In this document: one piece after another, positions 31,319-41,521 of the stretch | Layout: each line of letters begins with the position of its first letter | Numbering within the stretch: position 1 is the stretch's first letter | NCBI GenBank assembly: GCA_963744145.1 | Contig: CAVUSO010000001.1 | Coordinates: forward strand, 5,728,001-5,792,000 | DNA: 64,000 nucleotides | Source of the DNA: an uncultured cyanobacterium | Lineage (GTDB): Bacteria; Cyanobacteriota; Cyanobacteriia; Cyanobacteriales; CAWUOF01 | Direction: 5' to 3' | Made by a program: the position numbers and the translations under genes | Notes under the pieces: model-generated | Told to the model about the DNA's origin: nothing | The model's input: only the letters and a program-made list of their open reading frames with translations | Databases searched by the model: none

Positions 31319-32734
31319 ATGTCCACTAGACCCTATTTATTTTATGCTTTGACTAATAGTGTTTGTGCTGAATGTTTAGTCAAAGTCGAAGCAAAAATAA
31401 CTTTCCAAAATGATCGGGTCTATTTAGTCAAACATTGTCCTACCCATGGACATCAGGAAGTCCTCATTGCTGATGATATTGAATACTATAAACAATCCCT
31501 GGGATTTATTAAACCTGGGGATATGCCCTTAAAATTTAATACACCAATTAAATATGGTTGTCCCTATGATTGTGGACTCTGTCCAGATCATGAACAACAT
31601 AGCTGTTTAACCTTAGTCGAATTAACCGACCGCTGTAATCTATCTTGTCCAATTTGCTATGCTGACTCTGGGGTAGAAGAAATATTTTCCCAAAACAATG
31701 AACCCCGTCGTCATCGGAGTTTAGCACAAATTGAAATGATGTTAGATGCGATCATCAGAAATGAAGGGGAACCCCAAGTTGTCCAACTGAGTGGGGGAGA
31801 ACCAACTATTCATCCAGAGTTTTTTGAAATTTTAGCTTTAGCCAAAAGTAAGCCCATTAAGCATATCATGATTAATACCAATGGGGTAAGAATTGCTAAG
31901 GATCGGAATTTTTGCGATCGCTTAAGCCAATTTATGCCCGGAATTGAGGTATACTTACAATTTGATAGCTTTGAAGCAGCAGCACTTCAGGAATTAAGAG
32001 GAGCAGATTTACGAGAAATTCGTGAACAAGCGATCGCTAATTTGAATGAGTTTAAAATTTCGACTACTCTAGTCGTCACCTTGAAAAAAGGACTAAACGA
32101 TCAAGAAATTGGTAAAATCATTGAATATGCACTCCAGCAAAGCTCGGTTCGGGGAGTAACATTTCAACCAATCCAAGCAGTGGGAAGACTAGAGGGATTT
32201 AATCCTCAACAAGACCGATATACTTTCACCGAGGTTCGACGTGCTATTTTAGCACAAAGCAACTATTTTCAACCAGAAGATTTAATTCCAGTCCCCTGTC
32301 ATCCCGATTCACTGACGATGGCTTATGCTCTCAAATTAAATGGTAAAATCATTCCCCTTACTGGTTTAATTAATCCCGATACATTTGTCAAAATTATGCC
32401 TAATAGCATTTTATATGAACAAGATCAGGAATTAAAACAAAAAATATTTGAATTATTTTCCACCAGTCATTCTCCCCAATCGTCCGCAATTTCATTAAAA
32501 CAGTTATTATGTTGTTTACCGATGTTACCAGTCCCGGAGGGGATTACCTATGAAAATATCTTTAGGGTGATGATTGTCCAATTTATGGACTCCTATAATT
32601 TTGATGTCCGCTCCGTTAAACGTTCCTGTATACACATTGTTCATCCAGATGGTAGAATTATCCCGTTCGACACCTTCAATATGTTTTATCGTTCTGGTAG
32701 TATAGGACATCACTTAGTTACCAATCGACCCTAA
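31319..32734 (+). CDS. Radical SAM enzyme, Tes/GDGT-MAS (MJ0619)-like architecture
   Basis: N-terminal CxxC...CxxHG, CPYDCGLC auxiliary motif, CNLSCPIC RS motif, GGEPT, YLQFD, FMDSYNFDV..V.RSCIH...DGRIIPF. Confidence 0.88.
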   Translation: MSTRPYLFYALTNSVCAECLVKVEAKITFQNDRVYLVKHCPTHGHQEVLIADDIEYYKQSLGFIKPGDMPLKFNTPIKYGCPYDCGLCPDHEQHSCLTLVELTDRCNLSCPICYADSGVEEIFSQNNEPRRHRSLAQIEMMLDAIIRNEGEPQVVQLSGGEPTIHPEFFEILALAKSKPIKHIMINTNGVRIAKDRNFCDRLSQFMPGIEVYLQFDSFEAAALQELRGADLREIREQAIANLNEFKISTTLVVTLKKGLNDQEIGKIIEYALQQSSVRGVTFQPIQAVGRLEGFNPQQDRYTFTEVRRAILAQSNYFQPEDLIPVPCHPDSLTMAYALKLNGKIIPLTGLINPDTFVKIMPNSILYEQDQELKQKIFELFSTSHSPQSSAISLKQLLCCLPMLPVPEGITYENIFRVMIVQFMDSYNFDVRSVKRSCIHIVHPDGRIIPFDTFNMFYRSGSIGHHLVTNRP

Positions 32735-32781
32735 TTTCACCATTAATTAAAAACTGAGATTGTCCCCTAGGGAAATATTAA

Positions 32782-32962
32782 GTTTTGTAAATCATAGATT
32801 TATGTTACCAATTTGAGTTGAAGAGTGTTAGAATCTAAAAGTAGAGAGTAAAATCGGGGACACTGTTTTGGTTTTAATATTGATAGGCTCTTTCCTGTTG
32901 GTATGGACAAGCTTTTCTCCGAAATCTCAACTGCTACATCAATTAGGTTTGGAAAATAAACT
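32782..32962 (+). promoter_or_regulatory. rbp-type promoter/5' UTR, copy 1
   Basis: Homologous to 33270-33450; TCTCCGAA box at 32916. Confidence 0.65.
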
Positions 32963-33268
32963 ATGTCTATTTACGTTGGCAATCTTTCCTACGACGTTGA
33001 AGAGAAAGATTTGAAGGAAGTGTTTAGCGAATATGGCGATGTGAAAAACGTTCAGCTACCAACAGATCGGGAAACTGGTCGGATGCGGGGATTTGGTTTT
33101 GTGGAAATGGTAACAGAAGCTGACGAACAGAAAGCGATCGAAGCTTTAGATGGAGCTGAGTGGATGGGTCGTAATCTAAAAGTTAACAAAGCTAAACCGA
33201 AAACCGATGGCGGTGGGGGCGGCAGGCGGGACGGCGGCGGCGGTGGATATTCCCGGGGAAGGTATTAA
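32963..33268 (+). CDS. rbp: RRM RNA-binding protein with Gly-rich tail (Rbp family)
   Basis: IYVGNL (RNP2), RGFGFV (RNP1). Confidence 0.93.
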   Translation: MSIYVGNLSYDVEEKDLKEVFSEYGDVKNVQLPTDRETGRMRGFGFVEMVTEADEQKAIEALDGAEWMGRNLKVNKAKPKTDGGGGGRRDGGGGGYSRGRY

Positions 33269-33269
33269 A

Positions 33270-33450
33270 TTTTGTAACAGTTATAGATCTCTGTCACCCA
33301 TTTGGGTTGAAGAGTGTTAAGATACGAGAGTACAGAGTAAATTCGGTTGCAGTGTTTGTTTTTAGTATTGATAGGCTCTTTCCTTTTGGTATTGGCAGGC
33401 TTCTCTCCGAAATCTCAACTTCTACATCAATTAGGTTTTGGAGATAAACT
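33270..33450 (+). promoter_or_regulatory. rbp-type promoter/5' UTR, copy 2
   Basis: TTCGGT, TTTGTTTTTAGT, TCTCCGAA (33404) and TTTGGAGA RBS boxes. Confidence 0.7.
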
Positions 33451-33753
33451 ATGTCTATCTACGTTGGTAATCTTTCCTACGAAGTTAACCAGCAAGATCT
33501 GGAAGCTGTATTTGCCGAATACGGTGCAGTGAAACGAGTTCAGCTACCCACCGATCGGGAAACTGGTCGTTTACGGGGATTTGGTTTTGTGGAAATGGGC
33601 ACAGATGCTGAAGAAACGGCTGCGATCGAAGCTTTAGACGGAGCCGAATGGATGGGTCGTGATCTAAAAGTTAACAAAGCCAAACCCCGGGAAAATCGCA
33701 ATTCTTCTTTTGGTGGTGGTAATCGTGGTGGTAACTCTCGTAATCGCTACTAA
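33451..33753 (+). CDS. rbp: RRM RNA-binding protein (Rbp family)
   Basis: IYVGNL, RGFGFV; tandem paralogue of 32963..33268. Confidence 0.93.
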   Translation: MSIYVGNLSYEVNQQDLEAVFAEYGAVKRVQLPTDRETGRLRGFGFVEMGTDAEETAAIEALDGAEWMGRDLKVNKAKPRENRNSSFGGGNRGGNSRNRY

Positions 33754-33827
33754 TCTTTAACGTTAGATCCTCAAAATTATCAATCGTTAAGTTTATAATA
33801 AGTTGAAAATTACTTATTATAATATAT

Positions 33828-33858
33828 GAGGCTCAGACATGAATGTTTGAGCCTTTAT
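33828..33858 (+). terminator. Probable terminator hairpin after the rbp pair
   Basis: AGGCTCAGACA-tgaa-TGTTTGAGCCT followed by TT. Confidence 0.5.
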
Positions 33859-33872
33859 TGATTGAGGAAACT

Positions 33873-34205
33873 ATGAGGAACAATTCAGATTTAAAAGGAG
33901 TATTGCTCGGATTTTTTCTATTAATCGGACTTAATATTATTGCTGGATATGTTTTATTTGCATTAATTTTTTTAATATCAGCAGTTAGTGAGAGTATCCA
34001 TAGTCCATTATTAAATTTTCTTATTTCTGATTATCGTTATCTAGTTTTACTAGCAGTTCCAGGTTTAACCCAGCTAATATATGTAATTCCCCTAGTTTTA
34101 TGGCTGAAAAAGCGAGAAAGATGGGGTTTAATGAAAGGAGTAATTATTGGTGCAGTGATCACAGCGTTATTAAATGGAGGTTGTTGGTTATTTTTGATTA
34201 GATAG
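33873..34205 (+). CDS. Small three-TM membrane protein ending in LLNGGCW
   Basis: GAGGA RBS before ATG 33873; three hydrophobic helices; single Cys near the C-terminus. Confidence 0.7.
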   Translation: MRNNSDLKGVLLGFFLLIGLNIIAGYVLFALIFLISAVSESIHSPLLNFLISDYRYLVLLAVPGLTQLIYVIPLVLWLKKRERWGLMKGVIIGAVITALLNGGCWLFLIR

Positions 34206-34319
34206 ATGGTGCCGATCTAGATTTTGATCTATAATAGAGCAAATCTTAGTCCAATTGTGCGGGTAATATATGTACCGTTCAAATTAAAATTTAGACACAA
34301 AGTAAATTGGAGAGGGGCT

Positions 34320-34895
34320 ATGTCTAAACGCAAAAAACACGATCTGCGGTGGATTAAAGAAACTCTAGAGCTAAAAGAAGACCATAATTGGAAATCCGCA
34401 CCAAATACCCGGATTTTTGTCGCGGGAAGAGGAGCATTGCGATTTGATATTCCGGAAAATTGGCATTTTGAACCAGAACCCAAGTCATTTAAGTTTTTAG
34501 ACAAAAAACCACCCGATGATGATTGTCGTTTAGAAGCTTCTTATAATCTATTACCCCCTGCTGATTGGAGTGATTTTCCCCTGACATCACTATTAAAAAA
34601 AGTCGTTGAAGAAGATGAGCGCAATCCGATCGAAATCGGTGAAGTGATTAAGCTCAATCGACAAACTGCTCGTGTGGTGTGGACTCAATTAAAATTTATT
34701 GATCCCCAAGAAAACCGTCCTGCTTATTCCCGGATTTGTATTGGGTTAGGTTCGGGAGTACAATGTTTGATTACTTTTGACTATTGGGTCGATGATGCGG
34801 AAAAGTTGACCCCGGTTTGGGATCTGGTGATGAATTCCTTGGTACTAGGTTTGTATATTCGCGATCCTCGCACCGGATTTGCTTTACCAGACTAA
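34320..34895 (+). CDS. Conserved hypothetical protein
   Basis: GGAGAGGGG RBS before ATG (MSKRKK). Confidence 0.7.
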   Translation: MSKRKKHDLRWIKETLELKEDHNWKSAPNTRIFVAGRGALRFDIPENWHFEPEPKSFKFLDKKPPDDDCRLEASYNLLPPADWSDFPLTSLLKKVVEEDERNPIEIGEVIKLNRQTARVVWTQLKFIDPQENRPAYSRICIGLGSGVQCLITFDYWVDDAEKLTPVWDLVMNSLVLGLYIRDPRTGFALPD

Positions 34896-34942
34896 AATTG
34901 TGGGATGACAGTGAGCGAGCGAGCGCGTTTACCCAATCAATT

Positions 34943-35914
34943 TTAAAACGTACTGTGATCCGCTTTCTTAGCAGGTTCAATGATCGAGCGAATCCCTTCA
35001 AAGGTAGCTGGGATATTACGAGGGTCCATAAACATCACCTTACTACTCTCGCTTCCACCAATCTTTAGCCCCATTTCCAGATAATTTTGTGCTAAGAGAA
35101 ACTGGAGTGCTTCTTTAGCATGAGGATCATCTTTGAGAGTGTTCTTAATAATTTCGATCGCTTGTGCTGATGCTTGTGCTTTCAAAATTTGTTGCTGACG
35201 TTCTGCTTCCGCTTTTAAGATAATCGCTTGTTGTTGTGCTTCAGCTTCTAAAATCTGGGCTTTTTTTTGGGATTCAGCTTGCAATACCTGTGCTTCTGCT
35301 TTACCTCTAGCACTATTAATTGCTGCTTCTCTTTCACCTTCAGAAGCTAAAATTGCTGCCCGTTTTTTTCGCTCCGAAGACATTTGCAATTCCATCGACT
35401 CCTGGACTGCTTGGGAAGGAATAATATCTCGAAGTTCAACCCTGGTTACCTTTACTCCCCAAGGTTCAGTAGACTCGTCTAAATCTTGGAGTAAAAGATC
35501 ATTAATCTTCGCACGAGCTGTAAAGGTTTCATCTAATTCCAAATTTCCTAACTCTGATCTGATTTGAGTCCGGACTAAATTCTCCATCGCTAACTGAAGA
35601 TTTTGGACTTTATAGTAAGCTCTTTCCATATCCATAATCCGCCAATAAACGATCGCATCAGCAGTAATGGAAACATTGTCACGGGTAATACATTGTTGGG
35701 GTGGAATATCTAACACTTTTTCCCGAATCGTTTCTCGGAAAACTACTTGATCTACAAACGGAACAATAAAGTGCGGACCGGGTGTGAGTTTTTTGCTAAA
35801 ACTACCTAATCTTTCCACTAATGCTTCATTACCTTGATTAATCGTTTTATAAGTGCTTAAAAGGATACTTCCTCCAAAGCCGATCGTAATTAGGAATCCA
35901 ATTAATTCGCCCAT
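34943..35914 (-). CDS. SPFH/band 7 (stomatin-like) protein
   Basis: [31 protein letters not shown]. Confidence 0.92.
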   Translation of the reverse strand: MGELIGFLITIGFGGSILLSTYKTINQGNEALVERLGSFSKKLTPGPHFIVPFVDQVVFRETIREKVLDIPPQQCITRDNVSITADAIVYWRIMDMERAYYKVQNLQLAMENLVRTQIRSELGNLELDETFTARAKINDLLLQDLDESTEPWGVKVTRVELRDIIPSQAVQESMELQMSSERKKRAAILASEGEREAAINSARGKAEAQVLQAESQKKAQILEAEAQQQAIILKAEAERQQQILKAQASAQAIEIIKNTLKDDPHAKEALQFLLAQNYLEMGLKIGGSESSKVMFMDPRNIPATFEGIRSIIEPAKKADHSTF

Positions 35915-35942
35915 TTGATTAACATCCGATTTTTAACAATTA

Positions 35943-36452
35943 TTAAGAATGGAGAATATATTCAGGCATGACAATCAGTGTAGTACCTTCTCGTCTAATC
36001 ACCAAAACTTTTTGCCCAGGAGCGATCGCGATCGTCTGATCTTCACAACGAGCTTTCCAGGAATTTCCTTGATAACGCACACGACCAGCAACTCCGATCG
36101 GGATTTCCGTCAAAGTTTCTGCTTCCTGAGCATCCTCCAGAATATGAGCTTTGTGCTTGGGTGCAAAACGACGTGATAGAAAAATACCACCTCCTGAAAA
36201 TGCCATCCACAATATTACTTGCCAACCTAAAGGTAAAGGTATCGGTAACAATAAGGTCAGACCGGCTAGAATCAAAGCACTTACTCCCATCACCAACTCA
36301 ATAAACGCTGATGGGAGAATAAACTCTAGTCCACATAGAATCACCCCTAGGAGTAACCAGATGGTAGTTAAATTTGTCAGGGAAGAATGGGGGAGAGGGG
36401 TTTGCGCTAAGAACAATTTTGTTATATCATCATACCACATATCAACCTCCAA
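35943..36452 (-). CDS. NfeD family protein
   Basis: TM helices then GRVRYQGNSWKA...REGTTLIV; adjacent to SPFH gene. Confidence 0.85.
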   Translation of the reverse strand: MEVDMWYDDITKLFLAQTPLPHSSLTNLTTIWLLLGVILCGLEFILPSAFIELVMGVSALILAGLTLLLPIPLPLGWQVILWMAFSGGGIFLSRRFAPKHKAHILEDAQEAETLTEIPIGVAGRVRYQGNSWKARCEDQTIAIAPGQKVLVIRREGTTLIVMPEYILHS

Positions 36453-36705
36453 ATAATTATCCTGAGCAAAACCGGTGCAACCGGGGTGACATTGGTTTTG
36501 TCAGATCCAAGCTAGAATTGATAGTGATTTTTACAACTACTTGGCTGATCATAATTGTAAAATTTCGTAATGCTTGGTCAAATCTCAGCAGTTGCACCAC
36601 CCAGATTAGGGATAAAGTCCTAGTCTAAAAATATGCTAATTTGATCAGAATTAGCATATAGCTTAATCATAATTCCAGAATAATTTTGTAGAGTATTTTT
36701 CTCCC

Positions 36706-38601
36706 ATGAGCAGTTCCGAACCGCTGATTTCTCGCTATCTTTGGGCTGTTGGCTCTGATGCTGTCAAAATTCCACCGGGCACACAAGTAGCCGATCGATA
36801 CAAAGTAATTGCACCCCAAATATGGTTAGATACCCAACCGGAACTGCTACCGGAAGTACCAGAAGTATTACCAGAGATAAGTATTCCTTACCTTTGTCTC
36901 TATTCTCATCGGTTACATATCCCAGAAGTTTATGGATTTTGCGGTGCAAATGAAGCGGTTAGATCTGATCAGATCCTGTTGTTAGAAAATGTCCCCATTG
37001 ATGCAGATGGTAACCTATATCCCGCGATCGCCACAGCTTGGCCAACAGTGACTGGGGTGCGTCAAGTATATTGGTTATGGCAATTAATCGAATTGTGGAG
37101 ACAGCTATTATTAATCGGAGTAGGTTCGAGTCTACTCGATCTAGAGAATATTCGAGTCCAGGGTTGGAGAGTGTGGTTAAGAGAACTTTATACTGATCCA
37201 TTACCTAAAGATCAGGCTTTGAGTGCAGAAACCCAAGACCCAGTTGATCAAGCTGATGTGATTAAAGTTACCAGTAATCTGCGACTCCAGGATTTAGGTT
37301 ATTGCTGGTTTAATTTAATTACTAAAGCCCAACCCGAGGTAGCACCCCAATTAAAAGAAATTTGTCGGCAAATGCGCCAGAATGAAGCTAGTTTAGAAGC
37401 GATCGCCAAGGACTTAAATCAACTATTAATCACCACAGCAGCGAAATTGCCATTGCGCTTCCAAATTGCGAGTGGGACAGATACTGGTCCAAGTCGTCAA
37501 CAAAATGAAGATAGTTATTATCCGACATTATCAGATATCCAAAATCGAAGGTTCCCACCTCATGACCGACTAATTCCTTACCTGACTATTGTTTGTGACG
37601 GAGTCGGGGGACATGAAGGTGGGGAAGTTGCGAGTCTGTTAGCGGTGCAGTCTCTAAAAGCTTTAGTCCAAACCCTGCTCCAAGAGATCACAGCACAAAC
37701 GGAACCTACCTCTCCGGAAATAGTAATCAAACAAATCGAAGAAATTGTCAAGGTAGTGAATAACACGATCGCCGCTCAGAATAATACTCAAAATCGAGAA
37801 GCTAGACAGCGGATGGGGACAACTCTAGTCATGACGCTGCAATTACCTCAACCGATCGGGGAAAATATCGGTAATAGCCATGAAATGTATTTAGCCACAG
37901 TGGGAGATAGTCGAGCATACTGGATTACGGCTGATTATTGCCATCAATTGAGTATCGATGACGATGTAGCTACCCGGGAAGTACAATTAGGCAGATCTCC
38001 CTATCGTCATGCTCTCCAAAGAAGAGATGCTGGTGCTTTAACCCAAGCATTAGGAACTAGAGATGGCGAATTTGTCCATCCAGATCTACAACGATTTATA
38101 ATTGAAGAAGATGGTCTATTATTGCTCTGTTCGGATGGGTTAAGTGATAATAACTGGGTAGAACGCTCCTGGACTGATTATGCTGCGGCAGTTTTAAATG
38201 GAGAAATTTCTTTAGAAACTGCCACTAAGTTTTTAATTGAATTAGCTAATGAAAAAAATGGTCACGATAATACTTCGGTAGTTCTTACTTACTGTCGGGT
38301 TTCCACAGAGCCTCTAGTTTTGTTTGACACCAGTCCTGTTCCTGAGACAGAAGAGAGTTTAGGATCGGAGCTGACTGACGCTTCTAAATCGCTCCTCTAT
38401 GATGAATCAGTACAAATACTGGAACAAAACTCCCTGGTCAAATTGCCAAATTTGCGGGAACGGCGTCGTCGTAACTATAATTGGGGGGGGATAATTTTAT
38501 TGTTAGCCATGCTGTTCGTCCTAGGTGTGATTGGGTTTACCGCTTGGCAAATCTCCAATCCTCAAGGATCTGATGTACCTGGAAAAATTCTCAAACCTTG
38601 A
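36706..38601 (+). CDS. PP2C family protein phosphatase with kinase-like remnant and C-terminal TM
   Basis: TDTG..R..NED, CDGVGGH, MGTT, VGDSR, CSDGL, GHDN. Confidence 0.88.
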   Translation: MSSSEPLISRYLWAVGSDAVKIPPGTQVADRYKVIAPQIWLDTQPELLPEVPEVLPEISIPYLCLYSHRLHIPEVYGFCGANEAVRSDQILLLENVPIDADGNLYPAIATAWPTVTGVRQVYWLWQLIELWRQLLLIGVGSSLLDLENIRVQGWRVWLRELYTDPLPKDQALSAETQDPVDQADVIKVTSNLRLQDLGYCWFNLITKAQPEVAPQLKEICRQMRQNEASLEAIAKDLNQLLITTAAKLPLRFQIASGTDTGPSRQQNEDSYYPTLSDIQNRRFPPHDRLIPYLTIVCDGVGGHEGGEVASLLAVQSLKALVQTLLQEITAQTEPTSPEIVIKQIEEIVKVVNNTIAAQNNTQNREARQRMGTTLVMTLQLPQPIGENIGNSHEMYLATVGDSRAYWITADYCHQLSIDDDVATREVQLGRSPYRHALQRRDAGALTQALGTRDGEFVHPDLQRFIIEEDGLLLLCSDGLSDNNWVERSWTDYAAAVLNGEISLETATKFLIELANEKNGHDNTSVVLTYCRVSTEPLVLFDTSPVPETEESLGSELTDASKSLLYDESVQILEQNSLVKLPNLRERRRRNYNWGGIILLLAMLFVLGVIGFTAWQISNPQGSDVPGKILKP

Positions 38602-38704
38602 ATCAGAAATAATTTTTCTGTCATCTTCTATGAGAAAATAGGAAAGTTGTCTTTGTGCCAATCTCGGTGCAACTTGTTGGAAACAGAATCCTAGGTTTAG
38701 ATTG

Positions 38705-38935
38705 ATGAAAGTTGGCGATCGCGTTCGTGTTACTAAATCTGTCATTGTTTATCATCATCCTGATCATCGCAATCAACCTTATGACCTCCATGGTAAAGAA
38801 GGAGAAATTGCAGCGATCGTGAATGATTGGCATGGTCAACCCATAAGTGCTAATCTACCTTTTCAAGTTAAGTTTGAGTCAAAGTTTCGTGCCCACTTCC
38901 AAGCGGAAGAATTAGCATTAGTAACGGAAAACTAA
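38705..38935 (+). CDS. ftrV: Ferredoxin-thioredoxin reductase variable chain
   Basis: MKVGDRVRV...VYHHP.H...SANLP..V.F...F.AH...EL. Confidence 0.9.
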   Translation: MKVGDRVRVTKSVIVYHHPDHRNQPYDLHGKEGEIAAIVNDWHGQPISANLPFQVKFESKFRAHFQAEELALVTEN

Positions 38936-38970
38936 CGGAAAATGGCGATCGCTTCGCCGTTTTCTGTTTT
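38934..38970. terminator. Bidirectional terminator-like hairpin between convergent genes
   Basis: AACGGAAAATGGCGA...TCGCCGTTTTCTGTT. Confidence 0.55.
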
Positions 38971-39200
38971 TAGTTACCTCCGCGCAGAAACCAACCGAAT
39001 AGGTTAATATCGCTCCGCATTTGTACCAATTCTTGTTGATGACGTTGAGCTGCGGCATAATACCATTGGCAGTAGCGTTCAAATTCACGCCGATCGGTAA
39101 CTTCTTGATAAAATTCCTGTGTCACCTGGTGGGTTTCTAAGATTTCTAATTCTGGTTGGGGTGCTACAGGGACAATCCAACGTAATTCGTTAGGTTTCAT
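38970..39200 (-). CDS. Small hypothetical protein
   Basis: 76-aa ORF, FYQEV..R..FERYCQWY. Confidence 0.65.
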   Translation of the reverse strand: MKPNELRWIVPVAPQPELEILETHQVTQEFYQEVTDRREFERYCQWYYAAAQRHQQELVQMRSDINLFGWFLRGGN

Positions 39201-39453
39201 AAGGTTTGGTGACTGGTAAATTATGCCAGCAGTAGAGAACGGAGTCGATTTACTTCACTAAATTTAAAAAAATTTAAGTATTGTTACAAAAGAGAGCCGA
39301 AAACTGGGATTTTTAGCCAGGGAAGAGCTATCTACCCTGACGATAGCATAAATCATCAAATGAGTGTGCAAATAATTTTTTTAGTATATAATAAATTTAT
39401 GCCTAATCGTCATCCGAATTAATAAGGCAGGTTGTTACAAGTGAAGAAGTTCT

Positions 39454-40425
39454 ATGAAAAAGACAAAATCCCTTAATGATTTCACTTTTGGTGAATTCGC
39501 TACTCAGACAATTGAGAAAAATTTTCAAAAGTCAGTGAAATACGAAGCTGAAGTTCTCAAAGATGAAGATCCCGAAGCGCTCCATGAAATGAGAGTAGGA
39601 ATGAGACGCTTACGGACGGTATTACAAGTATTTGCACCAGCACTAGATCTCCCTAAATGTGTAGATGATCAGAGAATTGGGAAAATAGCTCGTTGTTTAG
39701 GAGCAGTTCGAGATTTAGATGTCCTCAAAGAAGCACTGTTAAATCGCTATCGTTCGCAGTTACAAGGAAAAGAACGTAAGCGTTTCGAGATGATCGGCAA
39801 AAATTTACAAAAGCAGCGCATTGAAGATTTTGACCAATTAAAACAAATGCTGAATAGTTCGCTGTATGAGAAATTTAAAAGCAGTTTCAGTGAATGGTTA
39901 GTAGCACCGACCTACAAAGCGATCGCCTATTTACCAATTAGAGAAGTTCTCCCCGATCTGATGCTACCTTTAATCGGAGAAATGTTCCTACATCCTGGGT
40001 GGTTTGTGGGAGTAACAGCATCAAATGGTCAAAGAAAAAATACCCCAGTAATCACCGCAGATAATGGGATTGAATGTTTAGAACAGCAAAGCGAGCTACT
40101 CCATGATCTCCGCAAGCAAATGAAGCGTGTGCGCTATCAAACTGAGTTTTTTGTAGATTTTTACAACTCAGAGTATCAAGCTCAAATTCAAGCATTCAAA
40201 AATGTTCAAGAAATTTTGGGTGGGATGCAAGATAGTTGGGTACTAAGAGAATTTTTAGTAGTGCAACTGGAAGCTGATTTAAGCCAAGTAATGCCAACTG
40301 TAGCACAACAATTGCAAGCCGAAAGACTGCAACTTTGGCAAGAATGGCAACCAGTTCGTCAGCAATATCTTAACCCAGAATTTCGTCAGACTTTACGACA
40401 GCAAGTAATGATTCCGGTTCATTAG
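39454..40425 (+). CDS. CHAD domain protein
   Basis: LHEMRVGMRRLR, RDLDV, LHDLRK..KR.RY, QEILG..QD. Confidence 0.9.
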   Translation: MKKTKSLNDFTFGEFATQTIEKNFQKSVKYEAEVLKDEDPEALHEMRVGMRRLRTVLQVFAPALDLPKCVDDQRIGKIARCLGAVRDLDVLKEALLNRYRSQLQGKERKRFEMIGKNLQKQRIEDFDQLKQMLNSSLYEKFKSSFSEWLVAPTYKAIAYLPIREVLPDLMLPLIGEMFLHPGWFVGVTASNGQRKNTPVITADNGIECLEQQSELLHDLRKQMKRVRYQTEFFVDFYNSEYQAQIQAFKNVQEILGGMQDSWVLREFLVVQLEADLSQVMPTVAQQLQAERLQLWQEWQPVRQQYLNPEFRQTLRQQVMIPVH

Positions 40426-40431
40426 TCGGAA

Positions 40432-41223
40432 TTATAACCAGCCTCGGAGACGATAAATAAATAACCCAACATATTCTTTTAAAGCTTTGCTAGTTCTGGC
40501 TAGTTGATCAACATCAGGGAGCAAATTTAAAAGTGTATATTGGGGACTATTGTCCAATTCTTGGAGATCTTGTGTTGCAATTAAAAAATCTGTCGGTGCA
40601 GGAATAGCTTGCATACCTTCATGTCGGAAAATTAATAGCGATCGCGGCATATGTAAAGCGGAAGTTACCAGTAAGATCTGGTTAATCCCTTTATTGGTCA
40701 GGATTTTTCGCACATTAACCGCATTTTGATAGGTATTAAAAGAAGTTGGGTCTTCTAAAATCGCCGCGCTGGGCACCCCCATGGCTCGAGCAATTTTTGC
40801 CATATCGCTCGACTCAGGGGGACCACCACCGTGCCAATCAACGCGTCCACCGCTGAGAATTAAGAGGGGAGCATGACCAGTCAGATAAAGTCTAGCACCG
40901 TGGATAATGCGATCGCCCGCTTCAGTCACATCGACCCAAGGACGAGGTGGAGACTCTGGTTTGATTCCTCCACCTAAAACTACGATCGCATCAGCATGAG
41001 GGAGAGTAGTTGGGGGTAGATTTTGCCATTCGAGCGATCGGACTAATGCAGTAGAGACAAAGGTATTACTACCGAGTAATAACAAGACTAGGGAGAGGAG
41101 AACGGGTAGGATTACCCATTGGGGTCGTTTCCACCACATCACCACAGCGACCAGTAAGAGCAGACAGGTAAGTCCCAAGGGATAGAGGAACAGGGGCAGG
41201 AGTTTGGACAGAAACAGAAACAT
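40432..41223 (-). CDS. YdcF/ElyC (DUF218) family protein
   Basis: IVVLGGG, LSGG, NTYQNA, LVTSALHMPR. Confidence 0.9.
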   Translation of the reverse strand: MFLFLSKLLPLFLYPLGLTCLLLLVAVVMWWKRPQWVILPVLLSLVLLLLGSNTFVSTALVRSLEWQNLPPTTLPHADAIVVLGGGIKPESPPRPWVDVTEAGDRIIHGARLYLTGHAPLLILSGGRVDWHGGGPPESSDMAKIARAMGVPSAAILEDPTSFNTYQNAVNVRKILTNKGINQILLVTSALHMPRSLLIFRHEGMQAIPAPTDFLIATQDLQELDNSPQYTLLNLLPDVDQLARTSKALKEYVGLFIYRLRGWL

Positions 41224-41521
41224 TAGCTAGGTTCAACTATATATTCTGAATTCAGAAATTGCAGATTTATCGTTTCTAGAGTTAATCTATACACAGGTCT
41301 AATTTACCTGGGATTTGCTAATTAGCCAATTTTCCATTTCGGTAAATCTACATATATGCCATTATCCTACTTTTTGGAGAACTTAATTCAGGAGATACTC
41401 AAATAATTAGATAAAAATCATATTTTTGGTTACTTTTATTGATTGATTATTTGATCATCGATAAAAATTATCTATTGAGGCCACTATTTTTTCCACTTGG
41501 AGTTAAAATTCGAGCAAAAAG

